Under the pieces are notes generated by a model. It was not told the origin of the DNA and did no database searches. It saw nothing but the letters and a program-made list of their open reading frames with translations. DNA of 64,000 bases from Paraphysomonas bandaiensis (Eukaryota > Protista > Chrysophyceae). Position numbers and translations under genes: made by a program. Positions within the stretch are counted from its first letter, which is position 1. Every line of letters starts with the position of its first letter. Below, in pieces: positions 52,055 through 63,446 of this stretch. Where the stretch lies: assembly GCA_965644295.1 (NCBI GenBank), contig CBFFRP010000263.1, positions 186,001 to 250,000 on the forward strand, read 5' to 3'.

Positions 52055-53247
52055 TCAGTGCACACGACGAAATTCACAGACGCCCTCCGGTCCAATTTCA
52101 AAGTCGCAGCTACTCGTCTCCATAAGAGGGGATTTCACTAAATGCATACGCCGTACATCTTCTCCAGTGTTATGATCCGATTGTGTGTCGGTATGCATCA
52201 CCACGCGGGAGGTAACGCAATGATGCCACGACGATCCTAGAGCAGGAACGTATAAACCTTCTCTGTCAGTAATTAGATCGCCCATACTTCCTCCTCCATC
52301 TGCACCATTACCATATGAAGATACGACTTGATTCGTCACTATGACACAGCATCTGCACAATTCAGCTAGCTGCTTGAGAGTAGATGCCTGAGCAAGGACG
52401 TATACCTCTTTATCTAGTTCGGTTAATCCCTCTTTCCTTGCAAGAGCAGCAATAGAATCCACTACCACCTATATATAAACCAAATGCATCAAACTAAAAC
52501 CTTTTGAATACAACTGACAACATAAATATTCAGTAGATTGTCTACTGCAAATGTGTGCACAACAGATGAAGTCGTACCAGAGATATACTGTGTTCCACAA
52601 CAAAATCTTGTAGACCATCCACCTCTGCCTTGAGCTCTTTGCATGACAAAGGTCGCCGGACTGAAATTCGACGAAGTAGAGAATCCATTCTGTGTGGGGC
52701 ATCGTCGGTCCACCTTGGGGAGAATGCACGAGGCTCGCGGGTCTGTACTATTTCCTGAAGTCGAGCTGGAGAAAACTTCAACTCGGTGTCTATGTACACC
52801 ACCCCGCCACGACCCACAGCATCCGCTTGTAACAACGTGGCAGCACAACATCCCATGCAGAGTTGACTCTTTCCAATTCCAGGGGGACCACACACCTCAC
52901 TAATAGTGCCCACTATCAGACCACCTCCCATCATTTTATCCAAAATATTAACACCTGTTGAGGAAAAAAATGAAGTATTTTGTCTGTCTTGAAGTATTGT
53001 GAGTGCAGTCTTGGGATGGACCATGCTTGATGCTGCTGATGACAACAAGCTCTGGACATCGTAGTAGCTGAGATCTGCTATCGTCATCAACTGCAAAATC
53101 GATGCATCGAATAAATCCTGATTAAAATATAACAACAAATCACGTGCTGTATAGTCTATATACCCTGCTGGTACGAATACCGCCTTGAATTAACCGCAAA
53201 GTAACTGCAGGATCAAGCTTTAGTCTCTCGATTTTCCTGCTGGCCAT
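52055..53247 (-). CDS. RAD51B: RAD51 paralog B
   Basis: MASRKIERLKL start; STGVNILDKMMGGGL; Walker A GPPGIGKSQ; VVYIDTELKFSPARL; VVDSIAAL; VIVTNQV; PALGSSWHHCVTSR. Confidence 0.85.
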
Positions 53248-53757
53248 GTGATGATATATACGAGGCAGCTATAGATTTATAATAGCAAGTGGAGCCTGCC
53301 AATCCCTGAGTCAATATTCATAGAATACGATGATATGGACACATATAATTCTTGTATTTGTTGGCTCATATTTCAATGATGGCCTTGGTGAGTGTTGTGT
53401 GTTTGTACACTGCTATAATCGACCCATAGACTCGGCATATAACCCTAAGCAACAAACTGAAAACACCCGGAGATGGGGAAAACAGGCTCCCCGTAATTGT
53501 TATCTCATGTTCACGAATCAATACTTTTTTCTTATAAATAATTGGTCAACACCCGTTCTAGATTCTTCACTTTGCCACTTGGCAGTGTGTGAGTTTGTTC
53601 GTATGGAACTTCCTGCTTGTTGATGTTGCAGATTGAGGATTTACATACACACCTAGCTAAAATATAAGTACAGTACTGTACATAGTTATATAGAGGCATC
53701 ACTATTCTCTTAGTAAACAGACTTTCGATCCATTAAATCATATATTGTTTCCTGAGC

Positions 53758-54834
53758 ATGAAATATACATCAGTAATGAAGAGTGTAGTCCCTTTATTCT
53801 CCCTATTAATCTGTATGGGCACAGCAGTGGCTCATGATAAGGTCCTGCTCTCTAATATACAAGTACTGACCTTTTATAAAGACAGCTACACCACTGGACG
53901 AAGATCAAACCCTCTTCCTCAAATAGAATGTGAGAGTGGATGTTATAATTATTTTCCTGAAGAAATTCAGTGTTACAATCGTGAGTGATGAGATATCAGT
54001 TAGCGACCTGTCACCTCATATATATATGTGTATAGGTGGATCTGATGGATTCGATGTGAATTGGAAATGCGAATCTACCCTACCAGATGGTGTTAAGTTA
54101 TCTAGGGTAACTGTTGGCTGTGAAGGGTATGAATGTGAGGTATTAGCCTTGTGTCAGTAATATTGTGTCATGCAGATACGACTATCCAGACGATCCCTAT
54201 GTACTGAAAGGTTCCTGTCAGGCAATAGTTTCTGTACAAGGTGCTCCACAACGAAGTTATACTAGCTACCACAGTTATGAATCCGGCTCTCAAAGAGGCA
54301 GTGGCCGCCACTCCAGTGAAGGAGGAATGTCTCTTGGCACCGTGCTAGTTGTTGCAGGCATTGCGTTCGTCATATACAAAATATTCAACCACTTCCGCCT
54401 ACAACAGCAGCAGTATGCAGGGGGGGCTCGCCCTGCTTCAGGGTATGCACGTCCAATGGGAGGAACAGGTAATTTCGGTTCTGGATTCGGATCTGGCTGG
54501 GGCTTCGCTCCTGGAATGGGGTTTGCCCCTGGCATGGGGACGGGAGGAGGGTTCTGGTCTGGATTGGGTATGGGAGGGCTTTTAGGGTCAATGATGTCGA
54601 GAAGGTGACGTCTTGTACAATTTGCCTTTTGAGTCTGTAACAGTGTTATTCATCAGGGGTGGGGGATGGTTTGGTAATTATGGGGGATATAGAACGGGGT
54701 ATGGGGGATACAGCACTGGAATGGGTGGAATACAGTCGAACAATTCCTGTGCCTTCTCTAATGACGGAAGAAGTAATAGTTCAAGCAGCGGAAGAACAAG
54801 GCAATCAACATTCGCTACCACTCGACGGAGATAA
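53758..54834 (+). CDS. SARAF: Store-operated calcium entry-associated regulatory factor (TMEM66/DUF1183), multi-exon
   Basis: DKVLLSNIQVLTF..TTGRRS.PLPQIEC; QCYNRGSDGFDVNWKCE; CEGYDYPDDPYVLKGSC; GGGFWSGLGMGGLLG; FATTRRR*. Confidence 0.92.
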
Positions 54835-55078
54835 CTTCATGTTGCTCACATCTTACAACTGATATTATTTAAAGGCTTAATTCTTCATGTATTGTGTACT
54901 TAATTCTTAGCAGTAGCATAACATACTGTAAACAATGTAATACATCGGATTTATTACTATTCCCGTTTGTCGGAATGGTTTCGAAATGATCACTTGTAGA
55001 GGGCCCAAATTATGATACTGTGAACTATATATCATCAAGGTCTATCTATACATAGACCCTATTATATGAATAAGAGAA

Positions 55079-55167
55079 ACGAGTCAGTAGTATTAACTAT
55101 CAGCACTGACACTATGTAGAACGAAAGTTATGCCCACTTGTGGCAGAGCGCTCCACATCATCCCCGT
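55079..55167 (-). ncRNA. Box C/D snoRNA, SNORD59/snR54-like (18S Am guide); leftmost of 25 copies, repeating every 166 bp
   Basis: Minus strand ACGGG-G-ATGATGT...TAACTTTCGTTCT-A-CATA-GTGTCA-GTGCTGA-TAGTTAATACTA-CTGA-CTCGT: terminal stem, box C, 13-nt antisense to 18S AGAACGAAAGUUA, degenerate D', C' and D. Confidence 0.78.
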
Positions 55168-58100
55168 ACTCCCATTCAACATACAAATCATACATAACAA
55201 GGATATATATTGTACACATAGACCCTATTATACGAATAAGAGAAACGAGTCAGTAGTATTAACTATCAGCACTGACACTATGTAGAACGAAAGTTATGCC
55301 CACTTGTGGCAGAGCGCTCCACATCATCCCCGTACTCCCATTCAACATACAAATCATACATAACAAGGATATATATTGTACACATAGACCCTATTATACG
55401 AATAAGAGAAACGAGTCAGTAGTATTAACTATCAGCACTGACACTATGTAGAACGAAAGTTATGCCCACTTGTGGCAGAGCGCTCCACATCATCCCCGTA
55501 CTCCCATTCAACATACAAATCATACATAACAAGGATATATATTGTACACATAGACCCTATTATACGAATAAGAGAAACGAGTCAGTAGTATTAACTATCA
55601 GCACTGACACTATGTAGAACGAAAGTTATGCCCACTTGTGGCAGAGCGCTCCACATCATCCCCGTACTCCCATTCAACATACAAATCATACATAACAAGG
55701 ATATATACTATACACATAGACCCTATTATACGAATAAGAGAAACGAGTCAGTAGTATTAACTATCAGCACTGACACTATGTAGAACGAAAGTTATGCCCA
55801 CTTGTGGCAGAGCGCTCCACATCATCCCCGTACTCCCATTCAACATACAAATCATACATAACAAGGATATATATTGTACACATAGACCCTATTATACGAA
55901 TAAGAGAAACGAGTCAGTAGTATTAACTATCAGCACTGACACTATGTAGAACGAAAGTTATGCCCACTTGTGGCAGAGCGCTCCACATCATCCCCGTACT
56001 CCCATTCAACATACAAATCATACATAACAAGGATATATATTGTACACATAGACCCTATTATACGAATAAGAGAAACGAGTCAGTAGTATTAACTATCAGC
56101 ACTGACACTATGTAGAACGAAAGTTATGCCCACTTGTGGCAGAGCGCTCCACATCATCCCCGTACTCCCATTCAACATACAAATCATACATAACAAGGAT
56201 ATATATTGTACACATAGACCCTATTATACGAATAAGAGAAACGAGTCAGTAGTATTAACTATCAGCACTGACACTATGTAGAACGAAAGTTATGCCCACT
56301 TGTGGCAGAGCGCTCCACATCATCCCCGTACTCCCATTCAACATACAAATCATACATAACAAGGATATATACTATACACATAGACCCTATTATACGAATA
56401 AGAGAAACGAGTCAGTAGTATTAACTATCAGCACTGACACTATGTAGAACGAAAGTTATGCCCACTTGTGGCAGAGCGCTCCACATCATCCCCGTACTCC
56501 CATTCAACATACAAATCATACATAACAAGGATATATATTGTACACATAGACCCTATTATACGAATAAGAGAAACGAGTCAGTAGTATTAACTATCAGCAC
56601 TGACACTATGTAGAACGAAAGTTATGCCCACTTGTGGCAGAGCGCTCCACATCATCCCCGTACTCCCATTCAACATACAAATCATACATAACAAGGATAT
56701 ATACTATACACATAGACCCTATTATACGAATAAGAGAAACGAGTCAGTAGTATTAACTATCAGCACTGACACTATGTAGAACGAAAGTTATGCCCACTTG
56801 TGGCAGAGCGCTCCACATCATCCCCGTACTCCCATTCAACATACAAATCATACATAACAAGGATATATATTATACACATAGACCCTATTATACGAATAAG
56901 AGAAACGAGTCAGTAGTATTAACTATCAGCACTGACACTATGTAGAACGAAAGTTATGCCCACTTGTGGCAGAGCGCTCCACATCATCCCCGTACTCCCA
57001 TTCAACATACAAATCATACATAACAAGGATATATATTGTACACATAGACCCTATTATACGAATAAGAGAAACGAGTCAGTAGTATTAACTATCAGCACTG
57101 ACACTATGTAGAACGAAAGTTATGCCCACTTGTGGCAGAGCGCTCCACATCATCCCCGTACTCCCATTCAACATACAAATCATACATAACAAGGATATAT
57201 ATTGTACACATAGACCCTATTATACGAATAAGAGAAACGAGTCAGTAGTATTAACTATCAGCACTGACACTATGTAGAACGAAAGTTATGCCCACTTGTG
57301 GCAGAGCGCTCCACATCATCCCCGTACTCCCATTCAACATACAAATCATACATAACAAGGATATATACTATACACATAGACCCTATTATACGAATAAGAG
57401 AAACGAGTCAGTAGTATTAACTATCAGCACTGACACTATGTAGAACGAAAGTTATGCCCACTTGTGGCAGAGCGCTCCACATCATCCCCGTACTCCCATT
57501 CAACATACAAATCATACATAACAAGGATATATATTGTACACATAGACCCTATTATACGAATAAGAGAAACGAGTCAGTAGTATTAACTATCAGCACTGAC
57601 ACTATGTAGAACGAAAGTTATGCCCACTTGTGGCAGAGCGCTCCACATCATCCCCGTACTCCCATTCAACATACAAATCATACATAACAAGGATATATAC
57701 TATACACATAGACCCTATTATACGAATAAGAGAAACGAGTCAGTAGTATTAACTATCAGCACTGACACTATGTAGAACGAAAGTTATGCCCACTTGTGGC
57801 AGAGCGCTCCACATCATCCCCGTACTCCCATTCAACATACAAATCATACATAACAAGGATATATATTATACACATAGACCCTATTATACGAATAAGAGAA
57901 ACGAGTCAGTAGTATTAACTATCAGCACTGACACTATGTAGAACGAAAGTTATGCCCACTTGTGGCAGAGCGCTCCACATCATCCCCGTACTCCCATTCA
58001 ACATACAAATCATACATAACAAGGATATATATTATACACATAGACCCTATTATACGAATAAGAGAAACGAGTCAGTAGTATTAACTATCAGCACTGACAC

Positions 58101-59062
58101 TATGTAGAACGAAAGTTATGCCCACTTGTGGCAGAGCGCTCCACATCATCCCCGTACTCCCATTCAACATACAAATCATACATAACAAGGATATATACTA
58201 TACACATAGACCCTATTATACGAATAAGAGAAACGAGTCAGTAGTATTAACTATCAGCACTGACACTATGTAGAACGAAAGTTATGCCCACTTGTGGCAG
58301 AGCGCTCCACATCATCCCCGTACTCCCATTCAACATACAAATCATACATAACAAGGATATATATTACACACATAGACCCTATTATACGAATAAGAGAAAC
58401 GAGTCAGTAGTATTAACTATCAGCACTGACACTATGTAGAACGAAAGTTATGCCCACTTGTGGCAGAGCGCTCCACATCATCCCCGTACTCCCATTCAAC
58501 ATACAAATCATACATAACAAGGATATATATTGTACACATAGACCCTATTATACGAATAAGAGAAACGAGTCAGTAGTATTAACTATCAGCACTGACACTA
58601 TGTAGAACGAAAGTTATGCCCACTTGTGGCAGAGCGCTCCACATCATCCCCGTACTCCCATTCAACATACAAATCATACATAACAAGGATATATATTACA
58701 CACATAGACCCTATTATACGAATAAGAGAAACGAGTCAGTAGTATTAACTATCAGCACTGACACTATGTAGAACGAAAGTTATGCCCACTTGTGGCAGAG
58801 CGCTCCACATCATCCCCGTACTCCCATTCAACATACAAATCATACATAACAAGGATATATATTGTACACATAGACCCTATTATACGAATAAGAGAAACGA
58901 GTCAGTAGTATTAACTATCAGCACTGACACTATGTAGAACGAAAGTTATGCCCACTTGTGGCAGAGCGCTCCACATCATCCCCGTACTCCCATTCAACAT
59001 ACAAATCATACATAACAAGGATATATATTGTACACATAGACCCTATTATACGAATAAGAGAA

Positions 59063-59151
59063 ACGAGTCAGTAGTATTAACTATCAGCACTGACACTATG
59101 TAGAACGAAAGTTATGCCCACTTGTGGCAGAGCGCTCCACATCATCCCCGT
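59063..59151 (-). ncRNA. Box C/D snoRNA, rightmost (5'-most on the minus strand) of 25 copies
   Basis: Identical to the copy at 55079-55167. Confidence 0.78.
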
Positions 59152-59692
59152 ACTCCCATTCAACATACAAATCATACATAACAAGGATATTATACTCGTA
59201 TATGTATATCTCAGAGATATTCTCACTCAACATGCATCGCATATATGATTTGTACATTGTTGGGGTCTCTACATATATAGACTGCTGCTGTCCACTCTAC
59301 TCTCTCTGTTCCTCTCTGTATGTACAATGTGTGACGCTCTACGAGTGCATTGAGCACTGCGCATACTCAGTGGCATCCCTGCTCAACCATCAAACTCCTT
59401 CACTATATAATCAGCATTACCAGCAAACTGAAAGTGCTCTAAATATCATAGTTTTTTGTGTAAAATCCAGGTTATTGTACACTAAAAACGATCATGTATG
59501 AACAATGAACGCAGACTCGACTGCTGCTGTAGAGTGGTGCATGATTCCTCTGCCTGTACTGCGTATCAAGCCAATTTAAACTAGCTCCTTGTAGGTGACC
59601 CTTATTACGATTAAACCTTACCAATTGATAGCGTACTGCATGCCATGATATACCGCCTCCCGCACTGTTAACCTGCTCATTTACCAGTATCC

Positions 59693-62449
59693 ATGTCATC
59701 TGAAAGCCCTCATAGCGATCACATTCGCTCCATATTCGACGAAACAGACCCAAGAATTCGATCAGATATTCTTCGAATTATTGTTGAGGTATTGTATGTT
59801 ATTCATATCTTAGAGGATGTTGATTATGTGTCGGTGAAGCATTTAAATAGAGAGAAGCTATACAATGCAGCCACAGTGTTGGAAGATGAGATCAGCTCTC
59901 GTCTCGTGGGGCTGAATGCGAAAAGGTTCCGCTACTTCTGCGTTGTCTCAATACCCTAGATTAATTCATCATTAGATTAAAAGTACTTAAGTTTCATAAA
60001 ACGATTCTCATTGGCGATTGGGATGAATGCCTCAAGGTCTGCAACCACCTGGCAACAATATATGCTTAACGTGTACCTCAGTTGCTGAGTTCTCTAGTCC
60101 CGAAACCAAGCCTTCGTTGTTTTATTTATCACATATTACGCCAGCAGTACTTGGAATTGATTGATATTGGCGATCACGAAAGAGCATATTCGTTTCTTAT
60201 GAAACATTTGAAACCACTGGAAGATATTGCTATTGCACAGGTTGTCTAAACTGTCACTGAAATTGAACATATTTATAGCTTGGATACAGGGACAAGGTGG
60301 CAATGAATTCAAAGAACTTTGCTACTTGCTAACATGTAAGTCTGTGGGAGAATCTGACCATCATACATTCAGGTATGCCGCTGTATAACGCAGAATGTTG
60401 GAATTTATCGTGATATAACTCAACATTCACGCGTATAGTTGCCACGATTACAATCAGGAATCATACTTATATGTGTTTACTGGCGTGTAGGAGATGGAAG
60501 CACTACTACCACCAGCGTGAATTGGTGGCAGATGAGCTGGTCGATGCTCTTTACCGTCATCTTCAGGCTGAGGGTGGTGTTTTTGACATCTGTCCGCCCC
60601 CTATGGTTACCGCATCTGCACACTCCTTGGCTACTCTAGTACAGCGGGAGAGCTCACACGGACGGAAGGGCGGAGAAAGTGGTAATGGAAGAGCTGCTCA
60701 TTCCCACAGCAGCAGACTGGTGCGGTTACTCAAGCAGAGTTATGCCTTTCAAGCAAAGCAGACAGCAACACCTGACTGCAGAGAATTACACGCGGAGTCC
60801 AGCAACTGTTCACAGGAAGCTGTGAATGGCAAGAAAGATTTTGATCCAGTGCCACTTGTACGCCGCGTGATGGAGGACTACGTGCCTGTCGCGCACCCTA
60901 CATCCCTTCAATGTGTGATTTCGACCAAGCAGCATGTGCAGGCGCATAGTCGGGAACCTGCCCAACGGCTCAGTGCTGTGCAAGATGCTAGGGTTTCCTG
61001 TTCAACGTTTTGTCGAGGATCTTCAGATAACCAGTGTAGAGTAATTGGTGGTATCGATGGAGGGCTCTTGGCTCAGTGGCGTATTGATCTCTCGCGATGC
61101 AATGGGGATGTATCGCCGGTTATAGAGCCAGTATATAGTATGATACTACCTGGGATGTTCTCTGAGGATTCATCAAAGGATGGAAAGCGTACATCTAATA
61201 GAAAGCGTCGATTTCAGGGTAACAAAAAAATTCGTGACATTTGCGTAGATGAGTCAAGCAGTGTATTGGCGACCGCTTCCTCAGACGGATGTGTGAATAT
61301 CCTCGCCAGAGCTTCTGAAGGGGAAGGATGGTATCAACACTCTGGGAGACTTACAGTGCATCAGGTAAAAGATGATTCTGAATATCTTAATGTATTTCGA
61401 ACGTAGTGTATGCTGCGAATTTGTTGCGGATTACCTTTGGCATGCTAACGTCAAATATACTTATTGCAGGGAGACTGCCAAGCCGTGCATCTGTATCCCG
61501 AGGGCAATTACCTAGTATCAGGAGGTTTCGATAGAAACATCTCCGTCATTGATGTAGAGACACTTTCGATCACCAAGACTTTTAGGGGTCACAGTGGAGC
61601 AGTCACTCAGGTTGGATGCAACAGGTATCATTACTAGTTTTATTTTATCTCTGACCAGTTCATGCCATTGTGATAAATTAAAGGTCTGGGAATTTGGTGT
61701 ATTCATCCTCTCGGGATGGGACTGTGAAGTTCTGGGACATGTTGTCAGGTATAATGCTACGGTCTTGCGTCGCGTTCGTATCGACTAAAATTGGCTACTA
61801 GGCTCCTGTGTTCGCACATTTTCGCCAAACAGTAGAACTTCATCTACCCAATCAGCAGGGCGAAGCATCACCGAGGTTTTTTCCGTGATTCGTTATACGC
61901 GTTGTGAATAAATAGTTTTCGTGGCTAGGTTACATCTGCTGTTATGTCATTTGATGGGTTGCACATGTTGACTTCATCACGCTTTTCTCCTTGCCGTCTT
62001 CTGGATATGAGAACTGGACAAGTGGTGGCCAAATACATCTCACCCAACGGATGTGGTAGCATGAGCCCTTTTTATAGACCCACCTTCTGTTCCAGTGATA
62101 CGGTATGATTTATAGGGTACCAACCTACTTCTGTTAAGAATTGTATGCCCAGGGTGTGGTAGCTGGGGCTGCCAATGGGAGCGTCTCACTTTGGCCAACG
62201 CATTCCGGTAGAAACCCCACTACTCTAGAGCTATCGCACTATGCTGATGGCAACCACAACTCCTTCATGGAACATATATCGAAGTTAGAAGTAACGCGCT
62301 GTGGATACGATAGATTTACTGGAGTAGTCAGTGCATTGACAAGTGATGGCGTTGCATTATGGAGCACTAATAGACACCAGAGTCCCCATGTTGTTGACGA
62401 CCCTAAAAGTTGCGAATTTCAACCTCTAGGCAGTAGTGTTACCACATAG
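59693..62449 (+). CDS. LisH/CTLH plus WD40-repeat protein, multi-exon
   Basis: ILRIIVE-HLNREKLYNAATVLEDE (LisH); ILIGDWDEC, ILRQQYLELI (CTLH); WD repeats LATASSDGCV, YLVSGGFDRNI, FRGHSGAV, SSSRDGTVKFWD. Confidence 0.75.
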
Positions 62450-62625
62450 TCGTGTCTTCTGCTTTGATAATAGTTCCATGTTTCATTCTTGTTGTTATGA
62501 GTCATAATATATATTCATTATATTGCCTTAAACTGAATTCTCCTGAAATACACCCCACCATGGTAGCACTGGTGTGAAAATATTCATTGCCGTGCGTCCT
62601 ACTAGCAGAAGATAGATTTCAACAG

Positions 62626-63244
62626 TATTGACTAATGACCATTTTCAGATGATTAAGATCGTTGTAAGAGAAGTTTAAGTTAGTCAAACTAGTCATGAGA
62701 AAACTATTACCGGGGTTAAGAGAAGTGTGTCAACCAGAGTTGAGGAGCAGCAGAAGAAGCGACCCCGAAGAGGTTAAAGGTGTGTTTTAGTGGGTGAGAA
62801 TCCCACATAACTATATATCTAGTTGACTGCTAGTTATATATGTATCTTGATAAGATTTCACATCTATTTTACCTATGAGACTAGTTTATAGCATGAAGAT
62901 CACTGTACTCATTGTTGTTTTCGTATCACTGCATTCTACATTGAGTGGGAGTATTAGAATATGGACTGTATCCTAGTATATTCAATGTGGTACTTGAAGA
63001 CAATGTACGAGAATACAGTGAAGTATGGTGATGTGTAGATGCTGTTATGATATTGAGAAAACTGAAATAGTTTGCTCTTTCAAGATATGTTTAGTAGCGA
63101 AAGGTCTACAGAAGTAGTGATTTATGCATGGCACAAAACGAGCTTGTGTTGTTTAACACAATTTGTGTAAACGATATTAATAAATCTATCTAGTCTAACA
63201 ACTTAATCTCTCTTTGATCTAAGTAAAATGAGCATTTCCCAACA
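62626..63244. mobile_element. Copia chimeric relic: inverted 67-bp LTR tip of the 16.5-22 kb family fused to pol tail, PPT and 3' LTR of a sister family
   Basis: 62626-62692 matches 16567-16633 (1 mismatch); 62694-62777 (+) encodes HEKTITGVKRSVSTRVEEQQKKRPRRG*; PPT GAGTGGGAG; LTR 62952-63244 TATTAG...CCAACA. Confidence 0.8.
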
Positions 63245-63446
63245 CAGAACACAGAACAACAGGAAAAAGTGCGAGTCCGAGTTCGTTGAGGGTGGGAGGA
63301 GTTGGTGGGCTATTCTCGTGTGATTGTATACTGTTTATACTGTTGCTATAAGGTGTAGTGTCCAGGTGGTGATGTGAATGTTGTATTGAATCAACAATAT
63401 AAGTCAATAACTATGCACTGACAAGTGAAACTTCGTATTATATTTT

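Larger units (their letters stand above)
55051..59190. repeat. 166-bp tandem array, 25 near-identical units
   Basis: Motif AGAACGAAAGTTA at 55118 and 59102 (24 x 166 apart); recurring variation confined to a 4-nt window per unit. Confidence 0.98.

Noticed and set aside
55088-55099. D-box guide TAGTTAATACTA targeting 18S GUAGUCUUAACCA
   Set aside because: Two mismatches against the recalled consensus, one at the +5 methylation position; no target assigned.
55051-59190. CRISPR array or hammerhead-ribozyme satellite
   Set aside because: No unique spacers and no cas genes in a eukaryotic context. GAAACGAGTC resembles a hammerhead stem III, but there is no CUGANGA core on either strand.
59124-59501. 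125-aa ORF starting in the last repeat unit
   Set aside because: GTG start inside the repeat, no motifs, and the region looks like promoter sequence.
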